Source: Kipferlia bialata
Taxonomy: Eukaryota
DNA length: 46,392 bases
Reading direction: 5' to 3'
Assembly: GCA_003568945.1 (NCBI GenBank)
Contig: BDIP01000018.1
Span: forward strand, 1 to 46,392
Below are positions 20,081 through 32,243 of the stretch, in pieces. The first letter of the stretch is position 1. Each line of letters begins with the position of its first letter. The notes beneath the pieces are model-generated. The model saw only the letters and a program-made list of their open reading frames with translations, did not search any database and was not told the origin of the DNA. Both the position numbers and the translations under genes were made by a program.

Positions 20081-23000
20081 TCACTTCTGGTACAGTGGCA
20101 GCAGTGCACCCTGCACAATGTCTGCCATACCCACGTCATTGACGGCAGCTATCTCCTCCACCTCGTCTGCATCGCACTCCATGCCTGTCTCCTGGTAGGT
20201 GGGTGTGGCCTTGAGTGCTGCACCCCTCCTGGCCTTGTCCAGCACAAACATGACCCCAGACAGGGTATCGGTCACCTTCTTAGCGACTGAGGCCACGTTG
20301 GGACCCACAAACACCAGTCCACAGCTGGGCACACTATCCTCTGTATGCCCTGTGACAAGCTCAACATCAAACACTGCACCCTGGGTATTGTCCTCATTGT
20401 ACAGAGACCTCTTGCCAAAGCCCCTCAGCACCTTGGTGACTGTGAGTAAGGGCAGAGACTCATGCCGCAGCATGGGTATCGAGAGGAAGGTACGTGCTGG
20501 TATGCCGTCCCCTATCCTGAAGGGGAGGGCATCGGACCAGGGGGTGTTGCAGCCAGTGAAGTCGGGGGGGATTGGGAGAGACTCCTTGTCCACAGCTGTG
20601 GAGCGGGAGATGAGGAGGCCGGATGTGTTGTCGTACTCGGTGTGTGACAGGCCGGACATGGAGAGAAAGTGGCTCACCCTAGGGGTGATACCCGGTGTGA
20701 TACCACTCACATACAGCCACACACCGGCTGGTGCATCATCTCCCACTTCCTCCTCCTCCTCCTCCTCTCCCTCTGCACCCTCTGTACTAGAGCTGGGTCT
20801 AGTGGACACCAGGTGGACAGTGAACACACCACTTCTCCCCTCCTTGGCCAGTGCAGCACCTACCCCCCTAGCAGCCACTGTGGCGGCATAGGGGGGTATC
20901 AGCAGCATGGGACTGACTGTACCCACTGACACGTAGGGCATTCCAACATGGGGGGACCGGTTCCAGGCACTGACCTCGTCATGTGTTGCAAACACAGTGA
21001 CATAGGGGGGGACAGTGAGGGATGTGCCGGGCCTGGCGTCACCGGCACAGGGGGACACGAATATGGACACAGACCCACTGGCCTGTACACTCCTCCCAGG
21101 GGGCAGGGAGGTGAGGCGCAGGAGGTCGTGGGGCGGGTCCTCCTCCTCGCCTGTCCCGTAGACTGCACTGAAGGTCTCCTCAGACCTAGGCACCAGCGGC
21201 ATGAGAGAGACCCCGTCTGCCTCTCCATATGACCCCCCCTCCCTCATGACAAAGGGGGACGGGTGTCTGGGCCTGGCCTCTCCCTTAGGGCCAACGCCAT
21301 AGAGAGGCACGTCCACACAGCTGAACAAGGGTCCAGACATGGTGGGTGGGGTCACAAACACGTCCTCTGTCTGCTCCCTAAACACCCTGCATGCCCTGAG
21401 AACAGCGTCCTTGCCGAGGTTGGACAGGTGGTATGTGTTGGGACTGACAAGGGAGGGTCTGGGGCCGGTGGATACTGCGGCCGGGACCGAGTCCGACTTG
21501 CCTAGGCCGAACCCACTCATATAGTCGTCACTCTCCTCCCTCTCACTGATGTCACTGTCAGAGCCTGACGCCGCAAAGGCAGCCTCTGCAGCCTCTCTCT
21601 CTGCCTCTGCCCTCTCCTTGTCCAGCTGGCTCCCTGCCCGTATCAGCTCTCCCTCCCTAAAGACTCCTAGGAAGTCTGGGTACGACTCAGCCTGCAGCAC
21701 TGTGCATGCCTCACCCACGAGGTGCCCAAGGTCAGGGCCCACAATGCACAGCTGGCTGGTGAAGTCAGTGTTCTGCATCACCCTGGAGCTGCCGCTGAGC
21801 AGCATGTGTCTGCGGACAGTGTCTGCGAGGCCTGAGTACCCTAAGACAGGGACACCCAGGGTGTGGACCAGTCTTTGGCAGGAGGTGTCAGGGTAGCACT
21901 CACCCTGGGGTGGTAGGAGGAAGGGTGTGTGCTGCGGGTGCTTAGCCAGGACGTCCTTGATGGCCTGCACACACACCCTGTCAGCCATAAGGGCCACGGG
22001 AAGGGGCACCCTCCCCCCTCTACACACCTTGGCCAGACTGCTGATAACACTCTGGCCCATATCAAGCACACTGACCCTGTCCTTCACATCCCCAAAGGGC
22101 TCTAGCACTCTAGCTATCAGCCCAGGGGGTATGGGGTCTCTGGTCACCACCAGCAGCTGTGAGTGCAGGTCAAACAGCCAGCACAGACTCTGCAGCAGAG
22201 TGGCGGCACGGGCCTGCTCAGAGGCACTGTCCAGCAGCACTATCACCAGCGTGTGGTAGCTGCCTTGGTCGAGTGTGCCGCAGTTGAAGGGCGGGCACAG
22301 GCCAACGTCGCTGAAGGTGTGCCGCATCTGTGACTGCAGCACATTCACACCCGCATTGCGTATCAGGAGCGCACTCTCCCGCTGCCTCTGCGCTATCCGG
22401 CGCTTCCCAGCTGCCCTAACTAACCTACGCACAAGGTCGGCCGATGCATTCTCTCTGCGTCTCAGCTGCGCCTTCCTGAGGGCTAGTAGCTGTCGGTACC
22501 TGCTCTGCAACAGCACAGCTGCACCCCAGGTGGTGTACCGGACAGGCCCCTTCCTGACCCACACAGCAGGGGCGGCACCCTTGCCAGGCTCGTCCCCGTC
22601 CTCATACACGTATGGGGTGATGTCCCTGGTCTGTATGAGGGTGGACGCACATACGGCCAGGTGGTCGAGATTGAGGGTGCCTATGAGAGCACCCTTGAGA
22701 GAGAGACTGTGCACGAGGAGAGAGAGGGCGGGGAGGACGGCAGTGGCTGTGTGCGGCATGTGCTTGGAGACAGCCTGCATGGCCTGGGTCAGCACCTCCT
22801 GCTCGTCGCATAGGGGTATGGAGGGGTCCTTGGCGGCGCTGAGATTGATGTCCACCTCCCTCACCCCGTAGAGCATCTCGAGGAAGGAGGCCGATCTGAC
22901 AGGGATGGGTATCTCTAGCAGGGGGACAGTACCGGCAGAGGAGGCAGCGTCATCACCACCAGTCTCATCGTCAGCGGCATCTGAGGTCTCCGTCTCCCTC

Positions 23001-24801
23001 TCATCTCCCTCCCCTTGACCTGACCCCTCCCCAGGTACATCCTCACCCATGTCCTCCCCCTCCATCCCACTGGGGGCCCTGCTACCCGTGTCTGCCAGAG
23101 AGTGAGAGACGGCAGGGTGCACCCACGTGCTGATCATGTGGGGCTTGACCTGGGAATAAGGGTGTAGAGAGAGAGAAAGAAGGGGGAGACAGCAAGAACG
23201 GTGCATTACTTTACTCTCATGTAATCCCACGGTCTCTTCCTACCTGCTGCAGTGGTCTCAGTCTACGCTCCAGCATAGAGGAGCCAAGGGGACCTGGCAT
23301 TAGGATATATATAGGGAAATATGAGCCTTTGCACACTCTCAGTATACATTACCACTAACTATACCCACCTCTCACCGTCCTCGTGCTGGGGTGGGCATCG
23401 TATGTCCCCACGTACTGGGGGTCCAGCTTCAGGTGCTGCAGTGCAGGGGGCAGCGAGGCAGGGTAGTACCCAGCCGCACTGGACTGGTCCCTACCCCCGT
23501 GCACTATGGCAGGTGCCTGGGTCCTGGGGACATACGTCTCCCGCTGCCTCTCCTCGTGGGTGGGTAGAGAGGCAATGGTGTCCTGCAGCCGCACTGCCTC
23601 CGCACCCTCTCCCTCTCCCTCCACCCTCGAGTGTCTCCCCTCCTCCACATCCTCCCTACCAGTAGGGGGCCCAGCACTGACGTGCTGTCTGAGGCCTGGG
23701 GGTAAGGTGGTGCCCCCTGCCCCTGCCCCACCCTCTGGGTCGTTGTGCACAGACTGTGCAGACATGCCCCTTCTCCTGCCTACACCCTTGTGCATCGTGG
23801 CTATGGACTCGACAGACAGCACGGGCTGGAAGTCACCTGCGGCATAAGCAGGGGGGAGGGGAGGTATGGTAATACCATAGAAGGGATAGAGAGAGAGAGA
23901 GCAGGGCGTACCTGGGTGCTGGAAGAAGGCAGGTCCCACATCTGCAGCTGGGTCAATGAGACCGGCCTGGGGGTGAGGGCATGTCACAGATGATTGAGAC
24001 AATTGGAGAGATACCCACCTTGAGCAGTGTGTCTATGCCGTGCTTGTCGATGTCGTCCACCTCCACCTCTGCAGTGGGGGGTGCATAGGGGCCTGTGATC
24101 TTGGGCAGACGCGTCAGGGGGGGCCGCACCACGTCTCTCCTCCTGCCCTCCTTGCCAACACCTGCATTCCTCCTGCCTACCCTGGTGCTCATCCTGAGGG
24201 TGAGGGGAGGAAGCGTATCATAACCACTACTGCTACTCTTGGGTACTCTTTATGTATTACTCTAAACATGTATGTATAGAGACTGCTCTCACCTAGCAGC
24301 CGTGACGTCTAGCTGGGCCCTCTTCTGAATAGCAACCTCTCTCCTGGCCGTATCCTCTCTAGACATCACCGGCCTGCCCCCTAGGGTCTTCCCTGCCCTA
24401 TTCACCCTGGCCCTCTCCCGCCTGTCTCTGTTTCTCTCTGCCTCACTCTTCCGCACAGGCCTGGCCCTGGGAGCTGCAACCGTCCCCCTCTCATTGAACC
24501 TATAGGTCCCCCTACCTGCGTCCTCCCTAGTATGAGTATATATATATACACACTATAGATACTGATACCGATACCTAGTGCCCATGGCCCTCTGGTAGTA
24601 CTGCTTGTCTAAGGGTCTCACATCCATCCTCACGTCTTCAGATACTAGGGGGCGGAGCTCAGGGCGGCGCAGCATGCCTAAGGGTGAGGGAGTCACTGTA
24701 AGAACTGTCAAAAGGGTTTTAGGCATACTCAGATGTGTCCCACCTGGCATTGCCAGTCTGACTGCACTGGAGGACAGGTCCACTTGGGTGTCATGGGCAG
24801 C
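20081..24801 (-). CDS. IQCH: IQ-motif-containing protein H-like, multi-exon with a 3-kb last exon; possible additional 5' exons up to ATG 25528
   Basis: Last exon 23149-20081 has an IQ-like motif (AAVLLQSRYRQLLALRK) and C-terminal segments resembling IQCH as recalled (SVSIFVSP, GTVSP, GVFTVHLV, MLRHESL...YNEDNTQGAVF...GLVFVG). Upstream exons near 23244-23293, 23370-23967, 24019-24194, 24293-24527 and 24574-24801. I could not close the reading phase across the poly-G at 24876-24940. Confidence 0.7.
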
Positions 24802-24875
24802 CTGGCGGGAGAGATAGATAATAGGCATATAAAAATGTATATATGAATATGCCGAGATTTGTGGGAAGGGAGAAT

Positions 24876-25050
24876 GGGGGGGGGGGGGGGACGTTTTGAA
24901 AAAAAAAAAAGAAAAAGAGGGGGGGGGGGGGGGGGGGGGGAGCACTTCCTTCTGGTTTGGGTATATATATATATATACATATATATACACACACACACAC
25001 ATATATATATGTGTGTGTATGTATGTGTGTGTGTGTGTGTGCGTGTGTGT
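24876..25050. repeat. poly-G / poly-A / (TA)(CA)(TG) microsatellite cluster in an intron
   Basis: G runs at 24876-24890 and 24919-24940, an A run near 24899-24910, and dinucleotide repeats to about 25050. Confidence 0.85.
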
Positions 25051-25710
25051 ACATGTATATGTATACCTATGTATACATATGTGGTATGGGTATCAGAGAC
25101 AGTGTGAGAAGCTGAGGAAAAGAAGGAAAGAACAGTATGTAACAGAATCAATGATTTGGGAAAGAGAATTGAATACGCCCCAAGGAAAGAGAATGCCATA
25201 CTCACAAATACCTCTCAACTATCGCTTTCTCCATCCTATACACATCTGGGTCTCCCCCCTCACTGGGATGGCGCCTGTCTGGGTATTTAGCCCGGAAGCT
25301 GTGTAGGTGAGCGACTTTATGATGACACATCTATGTAACTTTCCAATCATTATATGCTCTGTATTTAGAATTCACCATATGATGACATATATATGTGAAT
25401 AGATACATACATACAGAGACTCTAAACGTGGATTGCCAAACAGGAACGCACCTCTCTAGAAACTCTGTGACCAAGCGATACTCCTCACGCAGCCTCAGAG
25501 CACGGCCGTAAAGAAGGAATGGCTCCATCTCTTTCACTATCTCTCCATGCTACTGGAAAAGATGTGTATCATCTACTTATTGAACAGGTCTTTTGTGCCT
25601 TAAAGTGGGATAAAGGTATGGACCCTTTTTCACTCATTGTTTGGTACTCGATCATCTTGACCGTGACCAATTCCCTCTCTTCTTCTCTTTAAGCGCCAAG
25701 TATAGCACAT

Positions 25711-27750
25711 ATGCCCGCTGTGTCTGACACCCATGAGTGCGGCCCCATCAGACAGCACCCAGACGCATACTGCAACGGACACTTCAGTACATGCAAGAGG
25801 TACACATATACTGTATATGTGACATATACATATACGCAATGGTATGCTTCACACTTACTGATTTCTATTTCTTCGCTCTTGCAGTTGGTGAGCTCAACCT
25901 GCATATATGTGTATTGTATACTAACATCAGGTGCGGTCTGAAGAAGCAGTATGGAAAGGTGTTTGGCAGCAACAAGTACCCAGGGTTTGAGAGAGTTAAC
26001 CCTGTGTGTCCCATGGCCAGCAAGGAGGAGGAGGTATATTATAAATGCACTTATATATATATATATATACTATATATATTTATATATACACAGTGTGCCT
26101 AACGCTGTGTATCCCATGGCCATTGCCAAGGGGGACGAGGTATACACTAATAGTAACCTATACATGCACTATACATACCCTATATATGCATATACAACTA
26201 TATACTATATACACTATTATATTTAGTATCATAAGTGACTGTATACTATAACTAAACTATACTATATACACTATATACTATAACACTATATACTATATAT
26301 ACAGCCCAAGTGCAGGGCATATACAACTACATGCATACATGCATAAGTATAAACATACATGTATACACACACACATATATATTTATTGTATATGTCTGTA
26401 TTTGTATACACCCATGTATACTGACCCCAGTCACAGGGTAGTTGGGTGGAGACCGCCCCCTTGAGCAGACCTCGGTATTCTGGGGTGGATGACGATTCCG
26501 ATGAGTGGCGTGAGTATCGTGCCATGACCCTGCAGCAGAGTGGGAGGGAGAGAGAGAAGGAGGAGTCAGACCAAGACGACTCACTAGAGGAGGAGGGAGA
26601 GGGGGATACTACCCACCAGTGGAGCCCTCAGTACCAGACCCCCAACGGCCTCTTCACTCGTTGCAAGAGATGCGGCATCACCAGAGGTATGTCTATTTCT
26701 CTCCTTCTCTCTCTCTCTCTCTCTCTGACTCAATTTCTAGTACACTCTATATATAGGCTCCGACAAGGCCTATGTTAGCCTATCTTTATCTATGTACATG
26801 TGGTGACAGTAGTCTCTCTCTCTGTCTCTCTCTCTCTTTCTTTCTCTCTCTCTGATTGTATTTAACCTTATCCTCAAGGCTATGGCCATGCCTATGGCAA
26901 TGTCTCTCCCCCCCTCTCTCTCTCTACATAGATATATATATGTATATCTATATACTTCTATACTAATCTCTATACCCTTACCCTCCAGGCTATGGCCATG
27001 CCTATGGCAGTCTCAAGTATCCTGAGTATGAGCGAGTCAACCCAGTCTGCAGAAAGACACCGGTATGTCCCGATGTGTCCACCGACATTAGTATAGAGTA
27101 TATACATATGCTATAAACATACTTGTATGTACATATACCAACATTCGACACCCAGTCTGCAGGAAGACACCGGTATGTACTGATATATCCACATGGGTGT
27201 ATATATATAGTATATACATATGCACATAATTACTCACGAGCATTCCTCTCTCTCTCTATACATATATATAAATATCTATGACTATATGTGTATATATGTG
27301 TATATATCAGTGTTCTCATGCCAGGATTACACCTGTGCACCTGTGCCCCGCTTCAACCCACTCTCAGTGAGTGTGTCTGCTACCCTTCCCCTGTCAGAGA
27401 CACTACCAACCACAGTGCCTAGTGCTGCACCCCCTGTTGTGGCAGATACACTACCCATCCCTGCTCCACCTCTAGCAGCACCCACTGCTAGTAGCACACA
27501 CCCCAATGCTGGCACCTCTGCAGGTGTTGAGAGAGAGGCAGAGGGTGATGCAGAGACAGTCACTGAGAATGACACTGTCAATGTGACAGAGGGAGAGAGA
27601 GAGTCTGACAAGGCAGGACTGGATATGGGAGAGGAGTTTGCCCTTGGGTCAGTGTATCTATCCCCCACCCAGGGTCTCATCGTACCCCATGCCTCCCTGG
27701 CATCCATAGGCAGACTGGTGCAGAGACTCATGGAGACACAGCAGGACTAG
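25711..27750 (+). CDS. hypothetical protein with two copies of a ~48-aa H...CxxC-x24-C module and a low-complexity C-terminus, 5 exons
   Basis: Exons ~25711-25799, 25930-26033, 26431-26687, 26989-27062 and 27325-27750 splice in phase. Repeats are NGHFSTCKRCGLKKQYGKVFGSNKYPGFERVNPVC and NGLFTRCKRCGITRGYGHAYGSLKYPEYERVNPVC. Confidence 0.75.
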
Positions 27751-28287
27751 GGGTGACTCAGCATGACTAGCCGGGACTAAATAATTCTAGCTGACTAATG
27801 GGAAGATAGAACAGAAGGGACTGACGGTAACGTAGACCAAGTGTGATTGCTAACATATTGGGGTGACCCGGTAATGAGAGGAGTCCAGTCATACTCTGTC
27901 ATACCTATGGTTGCAGAGTGCAGATGTGAGGTGGATGAAGTTGTAGAGTACAACATGTATCAGTAGTGTAAGAATAGAAAGAGAATACCGAGTTTACTTG
28001 CTCATATTTCACTTTAGTCATAAGATAATGAGCTACGGCTTGGTGATAAGTATATCAATACAGCATAACATCTAGAGTATTAGCATAGGTAACACTGACT
28101 GGTCCTAACCATCTACCACGACACACACATCTACTCTTACAGTTTCGTACTCATTGATACACACTCTCCGTGGAACTTGGGATCACACACCCTTTCTCTC
28201 TCTTACACTCTCTCTCCAAAGGGGGTACTTCTCAGAACCGGAACACAAGAACACAAATAACACACACTGGAACCCGACACACTCTCT

Positions 28288-31200
28288 CTACACCGACATG
28301 ACGTCTCTCCCCACCCCCCTCAGCTCCTGTTGTTGGTTAGGTCTGGATGCATATGGAAATACAAATAGTCATATGTATACATGTTACATATAGTCATACG
28401 TATACATATCACACAGGAGGAGACATCCCTGTATAGTCATATATATATGTATGTGTATATACTCATTGAGTATATACCACATGTACCTTCTGCTGGGTGG
28501 GTCTGGATGCATATGTAAGTACATATAGTCATATGCATATATGTAACATATACTAAATATTCATAATATATATACCTTCTGCTGCGTAGGTCTGGATGCC
28601 CTCCAGAGCACTGTCTGGTATATGAACAGACCCAGTAGCCACAGGGCCACTATGCTGTAGCCAAGCACGGCCCAGAAGGCAACCTAAGAGTTAGATCATA
28701 CCATTATCAGTGTACACACTATGAATTGGTATATATTGGTATATACTATGCAGCCACGAAGTACGACCCAGAACGCCCCCTCAGAGAAGAGATCCCATAC
28801 CGTATGGGACCCATACGTGTTTGTGAAAACAGACTCAAACAAATACATATACTCTCATAGAAAATACTATGACGTAGCATCACATTAAACTCATATAGTT
28901 GTATGAGCTATAGTCACCTTGGATGATATTCCGTCTGTGTCCTCTGCTGATGCATACACGTAGCAATCTTTAGAGTATTGTAATAGTCATACGAATGTAC
29001 TGAATATCTGAATACACTTTACATGTACCTTGGATGATATTCCATCTGTGTCCTCTGCTGACACTATCCACTCGGCCTCCATGACAGCCAACCTGTGGGT
29101 CAGCAGAGAATGTGTATGTATATAGTCCTGGTGACTCAGAAAGGAGTATAAGGCAGTCTCCTTTTGATACACTAATGTAATACTCGGTGCCTTCCATCTT
29201 CATAGAATCCAAAGAGTAGAGAGCGGTATACATACACACCTTCGTATTCATACACAATTGATAAAAGCATATACTGTTGTTCAATAATCATTACCTTCCA
29301 TCCTCCTTCATATCCACAAGAGACACATTCATGGCGTCTAGTAGATCCATCTGGTCCTCATTGACAAGGCTGAAGATGGGGTCGATGTGGGCTACCTATA
29401 GTATCAGTGGTGCACAAAGGAATATGGGTGTATGACAGAAATACTCCAGCGATGTCAGACGTATAACATGAGTAACGAAGTAATTAATGACGAAATGCCT
29501 ACCTCTGAGTACACGCACACATCCCCGGCATACTCATCCACCAACCCGTTGATATAGGCCCGGTCACCGGCACAGGCCACAATAGGGGGATCTGGAGTTA
29601 CTAACTTGTCACAAACTATCACAGGTCGGTGAGTTACCGAGTAGGCGTTTAGTTAATGTAACATACCGTCTACAAAGAGGTCCTCGAAGCATGTCGTGAA
29701 TGTTGCCACGTCGTACTTGACGTTGTGTACACCCTGTGTCTCTAACCAGTCCCAGAAGGTGTTGTTGGCGGTCTTTCCTTGTATTAGACACCTTAGTATT
29801 TACACAGATGTATGTATATTATATAAGAGAGAGAGAGTACTTCTAACCAGCCCCAGAAGGTGATGTTAGCTGTCTTGCCTAGTATAAGAGGCCTTAATAT
29901 GAATATAGATGTATGTCAATTACATAAGAGAGAGAGTGTGTCTCCAGCCAGTCCCAGAAGGTGTTATTCGCTGTCTTGCCTAGTGTGATACTCCCAAATA
30001 CTAATATATATCTATAACTCATGAAAGAGGGTAAGTCTCAGAAGGTGTCGTTGGCGGTTTTGCCTGATATAAGAAACCTAAATACGGGTACAAACATGTA
30101 GGCACGTCAATTACATGAGTGGTGTGTGTCCCGAGAAAGTCTTGCTTTCTATCCTTTTCAGTGTCCAACACAAGTATGCTCACCTATACTGAGCCCTGAC
30201 AGATTGTCCACGCCGAACCCTTCAGCGCTCCTGAGGGGTTAGTAACAGTATTGAACATGTAAGTAGAGACACACGCTAGAACTGTAGCGGCATGCGTGTG
30301 CTTGATGAGTATGCAATACCTTGTCTCGCTATCGACTGCACTACACACATACATATATTCACTGATATACATGCTTGTATACAATAGTGTGCAAGTACAT
30401 ACAGACACTACCTTGTCACACTATCTACAGCATATATATATATATGCATGCATCCAGCATATATATACATATATATACCTTGTCACACTATCTACAGTGA
30501 CTGCAGACAGGTACAGTGCCATTAGCACAGCTGCAACCTTGGGTTAGAAGGATCTAGAGAGATGAGTTAAGCATCAGCAAGTATCATTCATGTTGTGGTA
30601 TCAAAACAATCGCCAACCATTGTGTTCGACTCATACTTCTTGATATCAATGAAACACACACATCCATAAATGTGTATATATACAATATATATGAGAGTGT
30701 GAACATACCATTGCGTCTATGAATGCTAGGAGTCTGGCCCCCGCTGTCCTGATGCCATCAGGACTCCAGCCTACAGGTAAGGGAGTGTACACTCAACTTA
30801 GAATGATATATACATACTNNNNNNNNNNNNNNNNNNNNNNNNNNNNNNNNNNNNNNNNNNNNNNNNNNNNNNNNNNNNNNNNNNNNNNNNTAGTGCATTA
30901 GATACAGCTGTCCTGATGCCATCGGGGCTCCAGCCTACAGGTAAGATACATACATACTTTCACATATCTATATTGCCATCGGGGCTCCAGCCTAGAGATG
31001 AGAATATACTTGGCTGATAGGCCAATCTATATGAGTATATGCACTGAGCCACAACACCAGGTGGTTTGACGTGTATCTCTAACAGCAACTGATATTCCTG
31101 TATGATTAGTATACACATATTTAATGTATATATGTATATGTATCTATATATCCATACCCAGGACACTGAGCCACAGTAGTACCAGGGCCTTAGACGTGTA

Positions 31201-32204
31201 TGCCTCCTTCCTGGCAGTTCTACTACCCAGGTACTCACAGACATACCTTAGCATAAGTGGGGTATATATGTGTATATGTGCATGCATGTGTGTGTGTGTT
31301 GGTGTCTATGGATATGTTTGCAAGAAACTCACACATACCTGCCATTATTGCATGTATCTCGGCAATAGAGAAAGAGTAGATAAGAGTCTTATGATAAGAC
31401 AGTGTGGACAGAAAACCCTAGGTACTCCAAGACATGTACACATACATAAATATAGAGTACTAGAGTGACACACAGCTGTATCGCACATGAAGCTTGCCAA
31501 ATACGAAGACGTAGGTGCCTCATACATATAAACAGACATTACATCGGGTAACAGAGGTAGAGCGAGAGACTCACATGAGGTTGGCCAGGACCAAGTGGGA
31601 CAGCAGGATCAGAGAGAGGATGTTAACGGCTGGAGGTGAGGGATAAGACGTAAATGAAGGAGTGTCAAATATATACAGGTGTCTTATATAGATCTGTGAT
31701 AGAGAGCAGGGAGGGACAGAGAAAGAGAGAGGGAGGGAGAGACGAACTCACCATCTGTTCTCTTGAGAGACTGAGAGTAGGGTTGTATCCTGTGGAGATT
31801 ACATATACATGGCGGTACTGATATATGTATATATATATATATACTCACCCACTGCACTCTTGAGAGGCTCCAGCAGAGCCCAGTCACCAGCAATGTCTAG
31901 AGGTGAGTGGAAATGAGATGGTACATACCGAGAGCAATCTCGGGATATACAAATACATATTCTTGTACTGCACAGGGGAGACTTCGCAGAGAACTGCCAA
32001 TATGAAGCTGTGGCCACCGCGTGCGATATATAGGTACATATCACATATGTACCTTCGCAGGGTACAGCGAATGCGATGGCTGTCTCGTACCATGGTACAG
32101 TGTATGTGATATCCTGCACAATCCTATCTTTCGAAACAGAGACACTGCCTTGAGTAAGTATAGTATGTATAATCTCTCTCTATATATACAGATCGTCCAG
32201 TATG

Positions 32205-32243
<39 letters not shown>

